A DNA stretch of 64,000 nucleotides from an uncultured bacterium (lineage in GTDB: Bacteria > Verrucomicrobiota > Kiritimatiellia > CAIKKV01 > CALHGX01). A program made the position numbers and the translations under genes. Shown piece after piece: positions 56,836 to 64,000 of this stretch. Below the pieces are notes generated by a model, which saw only the letters and a program-made list of their open reading frames with translations, was not told the DNA's origin and ran no database searches. Each line of letters begins with the position of its first letter. Position 1 is the first letter of the stretch. The stretch covers positions 15,787 through 79,786 of the forward strand of contig CALHGX010000008.1 in NCBI GenBank assembly GCA_938031185.1, written 5' to 3'.

Positions 56836-58307
56836 CGGCGGGACCGCTGGTGGCGGTGGTGCACTGTCACTTGCGTCCCGGCGGCGTGACGCGGGTCATC
56901 GAGAGCGCATGTTTTGCCCTGTGCGGTCAAGGCTGTCGGTTCGTGGTTCTTGCGGGGGAGGCATGGGAACCGCCGTTTGCGGGCACGGCGGTGGAGGTGG
57001 TGCCGGGGCTCGACTATGGCGGCGGAACGGCCGGAGATCTGGTCCAGAACATGCAGCAGGCGGCACGCCGGGCCCTCGGCGCCCCCCCAGACGTGTGGCA
57101 TTTTCATAATCACTCGTTGGGGAAGAATTGCCAGTTGATCGCCGCCATCGGTGAGATGGCGGCGCGCGGCGCGCGCCTGTTGCTGCAGATACACGACTTT
57201 GCGGAAGACGGACGGCCTGAAGACTACACGCGGTTGATCGCAACGGCTTGCGATGGGCGGACGGATCAAGCGGGCAGGCGGGTGTATCCACAGGGCGATC
57301 ACATTCACTATGCAACGCTGAATAGCCGTGACGCGCAGTTTCTGGTCTGCGCCGGTACGCCTGTTGACCGGGTTCATACGCTGCCCAATCCTGTGCGATT
57401 CGATCCAGTTCGGCGGATTCCTGAAGTTGACCGCGAGGAACAGCTGATGGTGTATATCACGCGGGGCATTCGCAGAAAAAATCTGGGCGAGTTGCTGTTT
57501 TGGGCGGCTCGGCGTGTGTCGGGGCGGCGCTGGGTGACCACGCTGGCGCCGGAGAACCCTGCCGCGGCGCGCGTGCATCGGCGATGGGCGGAAGTGGCGG
57601 CTCGCCTCCGCCTGCCGATGGAGTTCGGCATTCTGACCGGCCGGCCCGCAAGCCTGCCTTGGCTGTTGAGTCGAGCAACGGCGGCGATAACCACCAGCAT
57701 TCGCGAAGGCTTTGGGATGGCGTTCCTTGAACCGTGGTTGGCGGGCTGTCCGATTACAGGTCGAGACCTGCCGGAAATCACCGATGATTTTAAGGCATCA
57801 GCGGTCTGTCTAAGGGGGTTGTATGAACGCCTGGATGTCCCTTTGGCATGGTTGGGCCGGCAACGGGTTATCTGCGCGGTGCGGGATGGCGTCAAGCGGC
57901 TACGACAGATGTATGGCTTTCCGACGGTTGCGGAGCAGGAGGAGCGAGCCGTGGGGGCCGCCGTTCACGAAGACCGTGTGGATTTTGGTCGGTTGAACGA
58001 AACGCTGCAAGAGGATGTTTTGGAGCGGATCACAGGCGATCCGTCGGCGTGGTCCGAGACCAGCCCGTCTGAACTGCCGGCCGTCGCGTGCGATCCTGGC
58101 CAGGCCGCCCGCAACGCGGATGTCATTCGTGAGACGTTCGGCATTAGCGCTTATGGACAACGATTGAAGGCGCTTTATGAACGAGTGGCCTCATCGGCCG
58201 TTTCCCCTGTTTCGGGTCTGAACGCTGGCGTTCTGCTCTCGAAATTCCTCGAACCGGAGCGTTTCTTTCTTCTGGATGTCCCTGAAGAGGGGGGTAGGTT
58301 GGATTGA
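56832..58307 (+). CDS. GT-B (GT4-like) glycosyltransferase with a C-terminal extension of about 130 aa
   Basis: The GTG overlaps the gpgS stop as GTGA. N-terminus VAVVHCHLRPGGVTRVIE. Retaining-GT signature TTSIREGFGMAFLEPWLAGCPITG (E-x7-E type). Confidence 0.6.
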   Translation: MTAGPLVAVVHCHLRPGGVTRVIESACFALCGQGCRFVVLAGEAWEPPFAGTAVEVVPGLDYGGGTAGDLVQNMQQAARRALGAPPDVWHFHNHSLGKNCQLIAAIGEMAARGARLLLQIHDFAEDGRPEDYTRLIATACDGRTDQAGRRVYPQGDHIHYATLNSRDAQFLVCAGTPVDRVHTLPNPVRFDPVRRIPEVDREEQLMVYITRGIRRKNLGELLFWAARRVSGRRWVTTLAPENPAAARVHRRWAEVAARLRLPMEFGILTGRPASLPWLLSRATAAITTSIREGFGMAFLEPWLAGCPITGRDLPEITDDFKASAVCLRGLYERLDVPLAWLGRQRVICAVRDGVKRLRQMYGFPTVAEQEERAVGAAVHEDRVDFGRLNETLQEDVLERITGDPSAWSETSPSELPAVACDPGQAARNADVIRETFGISAYGQRLKALYERVASSAVSPVSGLNAGVLLSKFLEPERFFLLDVPEEGGRLD

Positions 58308-59290
58308 ACCGGAGCTTGAGACAAGAACTGATTGCGCGGATCCGTAGACTGGCCAAGCCAATGCGGCTTTTGCCTACAGGGGCGATGCCCCGACGTCACC
58401 AGTTCGAGGGAGTGAAGGCGGTTTTTTTTGATGTTTATGGGACGCTGTTTATTTCCGCAGCAAGCAGAGGGGACAGAGGGGGAGGCGGGAGGACGGATGT
58501 TTCGCCAATCATTGGCGCAATGCAATCTCTGGGATGGACTCTGCAAGCGCCTGACACTGACACGACGGCGGCGCGTTGGCTGAGCCAGGCGGTGCGCCGT
58601 TCCCACGCCATTCGTGGCAAGACGGCGGAGTATCAACCCGAAGTGGACATGCGCGTCCTGTGGGGATGCGTGCTGGACAGGCTGAGGAGAACGGGGCGGA
58701 TATCGGGGCCGCGTCAGTCTGGCGACGCGCTTCGAATGATGGTTGAATATGAGATGCGCACAAAGCCGGTATGGCCGATGCCGCATGCGCTGTCCGCCTT
58801 ACGTCAACTCAAGCAGAAAGGATTGCTGCTCGGGATCATTTCGAATTCGCAGCAAATCACACCGCTGTTGTTCGAAGCACTGATGGGGGCCAGATGTCGT
58901 GAACTCGGCTTTGATCCGGCGTTATGCTTTTGGTCGTATCGAGAGGGCGTGGCCAAGCCAAGCCCGGATTTTTTTCGCCGGGCTGCGGAGACCTTGGCGC
59001 GGCAGTTCCACATACGGCCCGAAGCGGTCATTCATGTCGGAAACGACCTCCGTAATGACGTCTGGGCGGCCCGTCAGGCGAAATTCGGCACGGTGCTGTT
59101 TGCGGGCGACCGCCGTTCGCTGCGGCGCGAGGAGGATCCCCTGCTGCACGGCGTCAGGCCTGACGCGGTCATTACGACGCTTGGCGATCTTCCGCGTTTG
59201 ATTGGGAAGGGCGGCGAAGACGGCCGTTGCGCCCAACGTAAGCGCATGGATGCGTTTCGCCCGTCGCGCAAGAGGCGGGTCCGCGCTTGA
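58304..59290 (+). CDS. HAD-superfamily hydrolase, subfamily IA with DxYGT motif I
   Basis: Motif I FFDVYGTLF, motif II IISNS, motif IV HVGNDLRNDV. The TTG at 58304 overlaps the upstream stop as TTGA. Alternative ATGs at 58361 and 58385. Confidence 0.7.
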   Translation: MNRSLRQELIARIRRLAKPMRLLPTGAMPRRHQFEGVKAVFFDVYGTLFISAASRGDRGGGGRTDVSPIIGAMQSLGWTLQAPDTDTTAARWLSQAVRRSHAIRGKTAEYQPEVDMRVLWGCVLDRLRRTGRISGPRQSGDALRMMVEYEMRTKPVWPMPHALSALRQLKQKGLLLGIISNSQQITPLLFEALMGARCRELGFDPALCFWSYREGVAKPSPDFFRRAAETLARQFHIRPEAVIHVGNDLRNDVWAARQAKFGTVLFAGDRRSLRREEDPLLHGVRPDAVITTLGDLPRLIGKGGEDGRCAQRKRMDAFRPSRKRRVRA

Positions 59291-59342
59291 TTTCGGCCGG
59301 CCGTGAGGCATACGATCGAAGTGGAGGATGTGGAGGGAGAGG

Positions 59343-59729
59343 ATGCAAGAGCGGAAGCCGATGGATGATGCCGAGTTGGTGCAGTTGGAGTTCCTGCAGC
59401 GGGTCTCAGCGCGCCTGCCGGAAGATTTTGATGTATTACGCGAACTCGGGGATTTGTGCACCAAAGCGGGGTTGTACGAGCGGGGTTTGGAGATTGATGA
59501 GCAGCTTAGCCGTCTCCGGCCGGAAGACGCCTCGGTTTGGTACAACCTGGGTTGCAGTCTGGCCTTGTGCGGCAAGAAGGACGAAGCCTTGCGGGCTTTG
59601 GCCGAGGCGGTGCGACTCGGCTATTCCGACCACGAATGGATGAAGCAGGACAACGACTTGCGGCGGCTGCGAAACGATCGGCGATTTCGCTCCTTATTGG
59701 GGCGGATCAAGTCAATCCGTCCGGTTTGA
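59343..59729 (+). CDS. small TPR-repeat protein
   Basis: TPR-like helices (GDLCTKAGLYERGLEIDEQL, VWYNLGCSLALCGKKDEALRALAEAV). ATG at 59343 with GGAGGGAGAGG upstream; alternative ATG at 59328. Confidence 0.55.
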   Translation: MQERKPMDDAELVQLEFLQRVSARLPEDFDVLRELGDLCTKAGLYERGLEIDEQLSRLRPEDASVWYNLGCSLALCGKKDEALRALAEAVRLGYSDHEWMKQDNDLRRLRNDRRFRSLLGRIKSIRPV

Positions 59730-59791
59730 GCGAGCGCCTTGCCACGCCGCGGTTCAGGTCGAAGCAGCGACAGTTGGCTGGGAGGGTTCGG

Positions 59792-60532
59792 ATGGACTGG
59801 GGCGCGACAGTCTCGAGTGCGTGGGTAATTGCGATCCTGGCAGGCTTGTGCGTTGCGGGCGCTGCCGACGTGGATTCGTCCGAGGCGGACTGGACGGCGC
59901 GGCGCGCCGCCATGGTGCAGTTGCTGCGTCGGCAAGGCATTCGGGACGAAGCCGTCTTATCGGCCATGGCGAAAGTGCGCCGCCATCAATTCATTCCCGC
60001 GCCTTATCGGTCGCGAATCGGCGCCTATGGCGATCATCCGTCCCCGATCGGACAAGGTCAGACCATCTCCCAGCCGTTCATTGTGGCATACATGACCGAA
60101 CGCCTGCGGCTCCAGCCGGGAGAGAAGGTGCTGGAGATCGGAACTGGTTCGGGCTATCAGGCGGCCGTGCTGGCCGAATTGGGCGCGGCGGTTTATACTA
60201 TTGAAATTCTTCCCTCTCTGGCCGAACACGCGCGAGAGACGCTCGAGGCGGAAGGATATGATTCGGTGAGTGTTTTGTGCGGGGACGGGTACAAGGGATG
60301 GCCTGAGCATGCGCCGTTCGATGCGATCATTGTCACTTGTGCCCCGGAGGACGTGCCCCGCTCGCTGGTGGAGCAATTGCGCGACGGGGGGCGTATGATC
60401 ATCCCGGTGGGCGTGGGTGTGCAGAGGCTCGTTGTGTTGCGGAAGGTTGGCGACCGGGTGGAACAGCAGGATGACCTACCGGTGCGATTTGTTCCGATGG
60501 TGCGTGAGAACGAAGAAAAAAGGTGGCCCTAA
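59792..60532 (+). CDS. pcm: protein-L-isoaspartate O-methyltransferase with N-terminal signal/anchor sequence
   Basis: GQTISQPFIVAYM, VLEIGTGSGYQAAVLA and GGRMIIPVG motifs. N-terminal hydrophobic AWVIAILAGLCVAGAA. 246 aa from the internal ATG. Confidence 0.9.
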   Translation: MDWGATVSSAWVIAILAGLCVAGAADVDSSEADWTARRAAMVQLLRRQGIRDEAVLSAMAKVRRHQFIPAPYRSRIGAYGDHPSPIGQGQTISQPFIVAYMTERLRLQPGEKVLEIGTGSGYQAAVLAELGAAVYTIEILPSLAEHARETLEAEGYDSVSVLCGDGYKGWPEHAPFDAIIVTCAPEDVPRSLVEQLRDGGRMIIPVGVGVQRLVVLRKVGDRVEQQDDLPVRFVPMVRENEEKRWP

Positions 60533-61122
60533 TGAGTGGTGGTTTTTCTTCCGTGATGCCCGGCTTGGTGGCGCGGAGCCGCAGCATTCGTCGTTTTGAT
60601 GGCCAAGCGGCAATAGACCCATCGATACTGACCCATCTTGTCGATGTCGCTCGTCTATGCCCTTCGGCGGCCAACAAGCAGCCGCTGAAGTATTGTCTGT
60701 CTTGGGAGCCGCGGCGCAACGAGGCTATCTTCGAGTGTTTGGCATGGGCGGCGTATTTGAAAGACTGGGCCGGGCCTGCGAAAGGCGAACGACCGACGGG
60801 ATACATCATTATCCTTGGCGACACCGGGATCAGTAGTTCCTTCGCGCAGGATTCCGGTATTGCGGCGCAAACGATCATGCTTGCAGCAGCGGAAATGGGT
60901 TTGGGTGGCTGCATCATCGGTTCGATAAACCGCGAACGACTGGCTGAACGCCTGCACCTTCCTGCTCAAATGGAAATTTTGCTCGTTCTCGCGTTGGGCA
61001 AACCCGCTGAGAAGGTTATTCTGGAGGAAGTCAGGAATGGCGATGTGAAATACTGGCGGGATGCCGCTGGTTTTCATCATGTTCCGAAGCGATCTTTACA
61101 GGATATTATCATCTCCATCTAG
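60532..61122 (+). CDS. nitroreductase family protein
   Basis: SRSIRRFD, PSAANKQP and GIAAQTIMLAAAEMGLGGC motifs. The ATG overlaps the pcm stop (TAATG). Confidence 0.8.
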   Translation: MSGGFSSVMPGLVARSRSIRRFDGQAAIDPSILTHLVDVARLCPSAANKQPLKYCLSWEPRRNEAIFECLAWAAYLKDWAGPAKGERPTGYIIILGDTGISSSFAQDSGIAAQTIMLAAAEMGLGGCIIGSINRERLAERLHLPAQMEILLVLALGKPAEKVILEEVRNGDVKYWRDAAGFHHVPKRSLQDIIISI

Positions 61123-61355
61123 AGTCGCTGTGAGACATCGTGTCTCTCTTCGACGTCGTTTGCAGTGCGGCATAAAGACGCGGTATTTGGCTGGTAGCAG
61201 TAGATATTGTTGATCGTAAGTACTTCTCTATTAGTGGCTTACGTCTTTCATATTGCGTGTATTGGTTGCTGGAATAGATGATGCTATTCAAAAGGTGCCG
61301 TTTTTCGTTAAAAGTGAAAAGGTGTTGAGAAAAGACTTCTGGTTGAGATTTAGCC
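61123..61355 (+). promoter_or_regulatory. AT-rich (about 41% GC) intergenic island upstream of clpB; presumed promoter/regulatory region
   Basis: Hand count of 82 G+C in 61141-61340. Contains hairpin GAGACA-tcg-TGTCTC (61132-61146) just after the nitroreductase stop, and a direct repeat GTTGAGA at 61324 and 61342. No recognisable CIRCE or sigma32 consensus. Confidence 0.4.
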
Positions 61356-63971
61356 ATGGATTTGAACAGGTTTACCGAGAAGGCGAGAGAGGGGCTACAG
61401 GCGGCTCAGGCGGTCGCCTTAAAGAACAGCCATCAGGAGGTGGATGGAGAACATTTACTGTTGGCCCTCCTGGAGCAGGAGAACGGCTTGGCCTCTCGGA
61501 TTTTGGAACGGGTTGGAGCTCGGCCTGATGTGATTCGGGCGCAGGTGGAAGAAGATCTTGAACGCAGGCCGAAAGTGCATGGCTCCGGTGAAGCGGGTCG
61601 CATCTATGTGACGCAGCGACTGAACCGGTTGTTGCTCAACGCATCTGAGGAAGCGAAGCGGCTCAAGGATGAGTACGTGTCGGTCGAACATCTCTTGCTG
61701 GCGCTGTCCGATGAGCAGCGCAGTACGGCGGCGGGTCGGATTCTGACGGAAAACGGTGCAGATCGGGAGGCTTTGCTGCGGCATCTTGCGGCGGTACGTG
61801 GCAACCAAAGGGTCACCAGCGCCAACCCGGAAGGCACTTACGAAGCGTTGGAAAAGTACGGGGTGGATCTGGTGGAAATCGCCCGCCAAGGCAAGTTGGA
61901 TCCCGTCATCGGCCGCGACCAGGAGATCCGGTCGGTTATTCGAATTCTTTCAAGGAAGACAAAGAACAATCCAGTGTTGATTGGCGAGCCGGGCGTGGGG
62001 AAGACCGCCATAGTGGAAGGGCTGGCGCAGCGGATCTTGCGAGGCGATGTGCCGGAGGGGCTCAAGGACCGCACCATTTACGCGCTGGACATGACGGCGT
62101 TGATGGCTGGGGCTAAGTACCGCGGGGAATTCGAGGAGCGGCTCAAGGCGGTGCTCAACGAGATCAAGGCGGCCGAAGGCCGCATCATTCTCTTTATTGA
62201 CGAGGTGCACACCATCGTTGGCGCCGGGCGAACGGAAGGCTCGACGGACGCGGGCAACATGCTCAAGCCAATGCTTGCCCGCGGCGAGCTGCATTGCATC
62301 GGCGCGACGACGCTCGACGAATACCGCAAGCACATGGAGAAAGACGCGGCACTGGAGCGGCGCTTTCAGCCCGTGATGGTGGATGCCCCCAGCGTCGAGG
62401 ACACCATTTCGATTCTGCGGGGGTTGAAGGAACGCTTTGAGGTGCATCATGGCGTGCGTATCACGGATGGCGCGCTGGTTGCCGCGGCGGTGCTCTCTAA
62501 CCGGTACATCAGTGACCGGTTCCTGCCCGACAAGGCCATCGACCTCATGGACGAGGCCTGTGCGTCCATTCGCACCGAAATTGACTCCATGCCGGGCGAA
62601 CTGGACGAGATCACTCGACGGGTCATGCGGCTGGAGATCGAGGAAACGGCATTGAAGAAGGAGCGGGATGCAGCCAGCAAGGAACGACTGGCTGCGCTGC
62701 GGAAGGAACTGGCCGAGCTTCGATCGAAGGCGGACGCCATGCGGTCGCAATGGGAAAAAGAGAAGAAGGCGATCGCCGCCATTCGAACGCTGCGCGAGCG
62801 GCTGGAGGAGGCGCGGCGTGAAGCGGAAGCTGCCGAACGGCAATACGATCTGGACCGGTTGGCACAGTTGCGGCACGGTGTGATTCCCGAACTGGAGCGA
62901 AAAATTGAAAGCCGCCAAAGCGCCGTGCATGCAGACGCACAACAGGGCGGACCGCTGCTGCGGGAAGAAGTCACGGAGGAAGAAATCGCACAAGTGGTGT
63001 CGCGCTGGGCCGGCATCCCGCTGACCCGCCTGCTCGAAGGGGAGCGGGAAAAACTCCTGCGTCTCGATGAGGAACTGCACCGAAGGGTCATCGGACAAGA
63101 TGACGCCGTGCGGCTGGTGGCCGACGCGGTGCTTCGGGCGCGCGCCGGCATCAAGAATCCACGGCGCCCCATCGGCTCCTTCATTTTCCTGGGGCCGACC
63201 GGCGTCGGGAAAACCGAGCTGGCCAAAGCCTTGGCGCAGGCGCTGTTCGACACCGAGGATCACATGGTGCGGCTCGATATGAGCGAATACATGGAAAAAC
63301 ACACGGTGTCCCGTCTTGTTGGCGCGCCGCCGGGCTATGTCGGCTTCGAGGAAGGCGGCCAACTGACGGAAGCCGTGCGCCGAAAGCCGTACAGTGTGAT
63401 CTTGCTGGATGAAATTGAGAAAGCGCACCATGACGTGTTCAACGTCTTGCTGCAGATTCTGGATGACGGCCGCCTGACGGATTCCCACGGCCGGACGGTG
63501 GACTTCAAGAACACGATTGTCATCATGACCAGTAACATCGGCTCGCCATTGTTGCTGGAAGGAATCGGTCCGGGCGGAGAGATCAAAGAGGCGGTGCGGG
63601 AGCGAGTGCTGGAGGAAATGCGCCGTCATTTTCGCCCAGAGTTTCTCAATCGGGTGGACGACGTGGTGCTGTTCAAACCCCTGCGGCTGGAAGAAATCAA
63701 GAGGATCGTGGACTTGCAGGTAGCCGACTTGGCGGGACGGCTGGCGGAGCAGCGGGTCGAGCTGGTGTTGAGCGATGCGGCGAAGGAGCGTTTGGCGCAC
63801 GAGGGGCATGACCCCGTTTTCGGCGCGCGGCCGCTGAAGAGGCTTATTCAGCAGCGGGTGGAAACACCGATAGCCCGATTGCTGGTTTCCGGAGCGGCGC
63901 AGGGCGGACAGCGGATTCGCGTGGACACGCGCAAGGGCGAATGGATCATTACGCCCGAGGTGCGCGAATGA
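61356..63971 (+). CDS. clpB: ATP-dependent chaperone/disaggregase ClpB
   Basis: Clp_N repeats. AAA-1 GEPGVGKT. Long coiled-coil M-domain. AAA-2 [15 protein letters not shown] sensor motif. 871 aa. Confidence 0.95.
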   Translation: MDLNRFTEKAREGLQAAQAVALKNSHQEVDGEHLLLALLEQENGLASRILERVGARPDVIRAQVEEDLERRPKVHGSGEAGRIYVTQRLNRLLLNASEEAKRLKDEYVSVEHLLLALSDEQRSTAAGRILTENGADREALLRHLAAVRGNQRVTSANPEGTYEALEKYGVDLVEIARQGKLDPVIGRDQEIRSVIRILSRKTKNNPVLIGEPGVGKTAIVEGLAQRILRGDVPEGLKDRTIYALDMTALMAGAKYRGEFEERLKAVLNEIKAAEGRIILFIDEVHTIVGAGRTEGSTDAGNMLKPMLARGELHCIGATTLDEYRKHMEKDAALERRFQPVMVDAPSVEDTISILRGLKERFEVHHGVRITDGALVAAAVLSNRYISDRFLPDKAIDLMDEACASIRTEIDSMPGELDEITRRVMRLEIEETALKKERDAASKERLAALRKELAELRSKADAMRSQWEKEKKAIAAIRTLRERLEEARREAEAAERQYDLDRLAQLRHGVIPELERKIESRQSAVHADAQQGGPLLREEVTEEEIAQVVSRWAGIPLTRLLEGEREKLLRLDEELHRRVIGQDDAVRLVADAVLRARAGIKNPRRPIGSFIFLGPTGVGKTELAKALAQALFDTEDHMVRLDMSEYMEKHTVSRLVGAPPGYVGFEEGGQLTEAVRRKPYSVILLDEIEKAHHDVFNVLLQILDDGRLTDSHGRTVDFKNTIVIMTSNIGSPLLLEGIGPGGEIKEAVRERVLEEMRRHFRPEFLNRVDDVVLFKPLRLEEIKRIVDLQVADLAGRLAEQRVELVLSDAAKERLAHEGHDPVFGARPLKRLIQQRVETPIARLLVSGAAQGGQRIRVDTRKGEWIITPEVRE

Positions 63972-64000
63972 TGCGCCGGAGACGTTCGGTCCCGCTCTAT

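Noticed and set aside
61123-61355. Search for CIRCE (TTAGCACTC-N9-GAGTGCTAA) or sigma32-type (CTTGAAA...CCCCAT) elements upstream of clpB
   Set aside because: Neither consensus is present on either strand, so only the compositional anomaly is reported.
61950-63809. 619-aa ORF antisense to clpB
   Set aside because: Shadow frame typical of GC-rich DNA. The translation is Arg/His/Gln/Pro-rich with no domain pattern, while the sense strand encodes an unmistakable ClpB.
1-64000. tRNA, rRNA, tmRNA, RNase P, CRISPR arrays, transposases/integrases and toxin-antitoxin or known defence systems
   Set aside because: None recognised by eye. I saw no T-loop GGTTCGA-type arms with matching stems in intergenic DNA, no spaced direct repeats and no recombinase motifs. 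A covariance-model scan would be needed to exclude small ncRNAs.

Overview
GC-rich (roughly 60-65% by eye, not computed), very gene-dense bacterial chromosomal segment. I call 53 protein-coding genes. I recognised no rRNA, tRNA, CRISPR array, transposase, integrase or prophage signature.

Main content, in window order:
- A [NiFe]-hydrogenase maturation set hypF-hypC-hypD-hypE (3.3-8.0 kb), with no hydrogenase structural genes or hypA/hypB in the window.
- comM/yifB, a PAS-PAS hybrid histidine kinase, leuS, trpB2, pyrC and pfkA.
- A same-strand envelope/LPS-type cluster at 28.8-37.9 kb: ArnT-like GT39, GT4, msbA, OmpA with TSP3 repeats, LpxL-family acyltransferase and an O-antigen-ligase family protein.
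- tadA translationally coupled to a stand-alone EF-G.
- A long minus-strand chain at 50.2-42.8 kb: glyQS -> LolA-like -> two CNNM/CBS transporters -> Zn-ribbon/TM/OB-like protein -> CDF transporter -> DUF112/TctA-like permease.
- aroA-cmk followed by two GT9 heptosyltransferase-like genes.
- An M20-like / gpgS / GT4-like / HAD operon.
- pcm, a nitroreductase and clpB.

The gene repertoire (orphan prepilin-type protein, BatD, DUF4139 pair, FGE-sulfatase domain, secreted ankyrin+MORN protein, gpgS) plus the GC content suggest a PVC-superphylum genome (Verrucomicrobiota/Planctomycetota-like). That placement is inference only.

The window looks like ordinary core chromosome rather than an accessory island, so nothing reaches a high interest score. 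The most notable items:
1. The tightly coupled gpgS-centred four-gene operon, which has atypical partners.
2. A 78-aa stand-alone MshEN-like (candidate c-di-GMP-binding) protein behind a 760-nt non-coding gap.
3. The Zn-ribbon/TM/OB protein embedded in the ion-transporter chain.
4. A tandem DUF4139 pair coupled to a small duplicated-motif secreted protein.
5. A 41% GC island in front of clpB.

Many long ORFs in the six-frame track are antisense or alternative-frame shadows of real genes. Many real genes start well inside the listed ORF. All function calls come from motif recognition by eye, with no database search.
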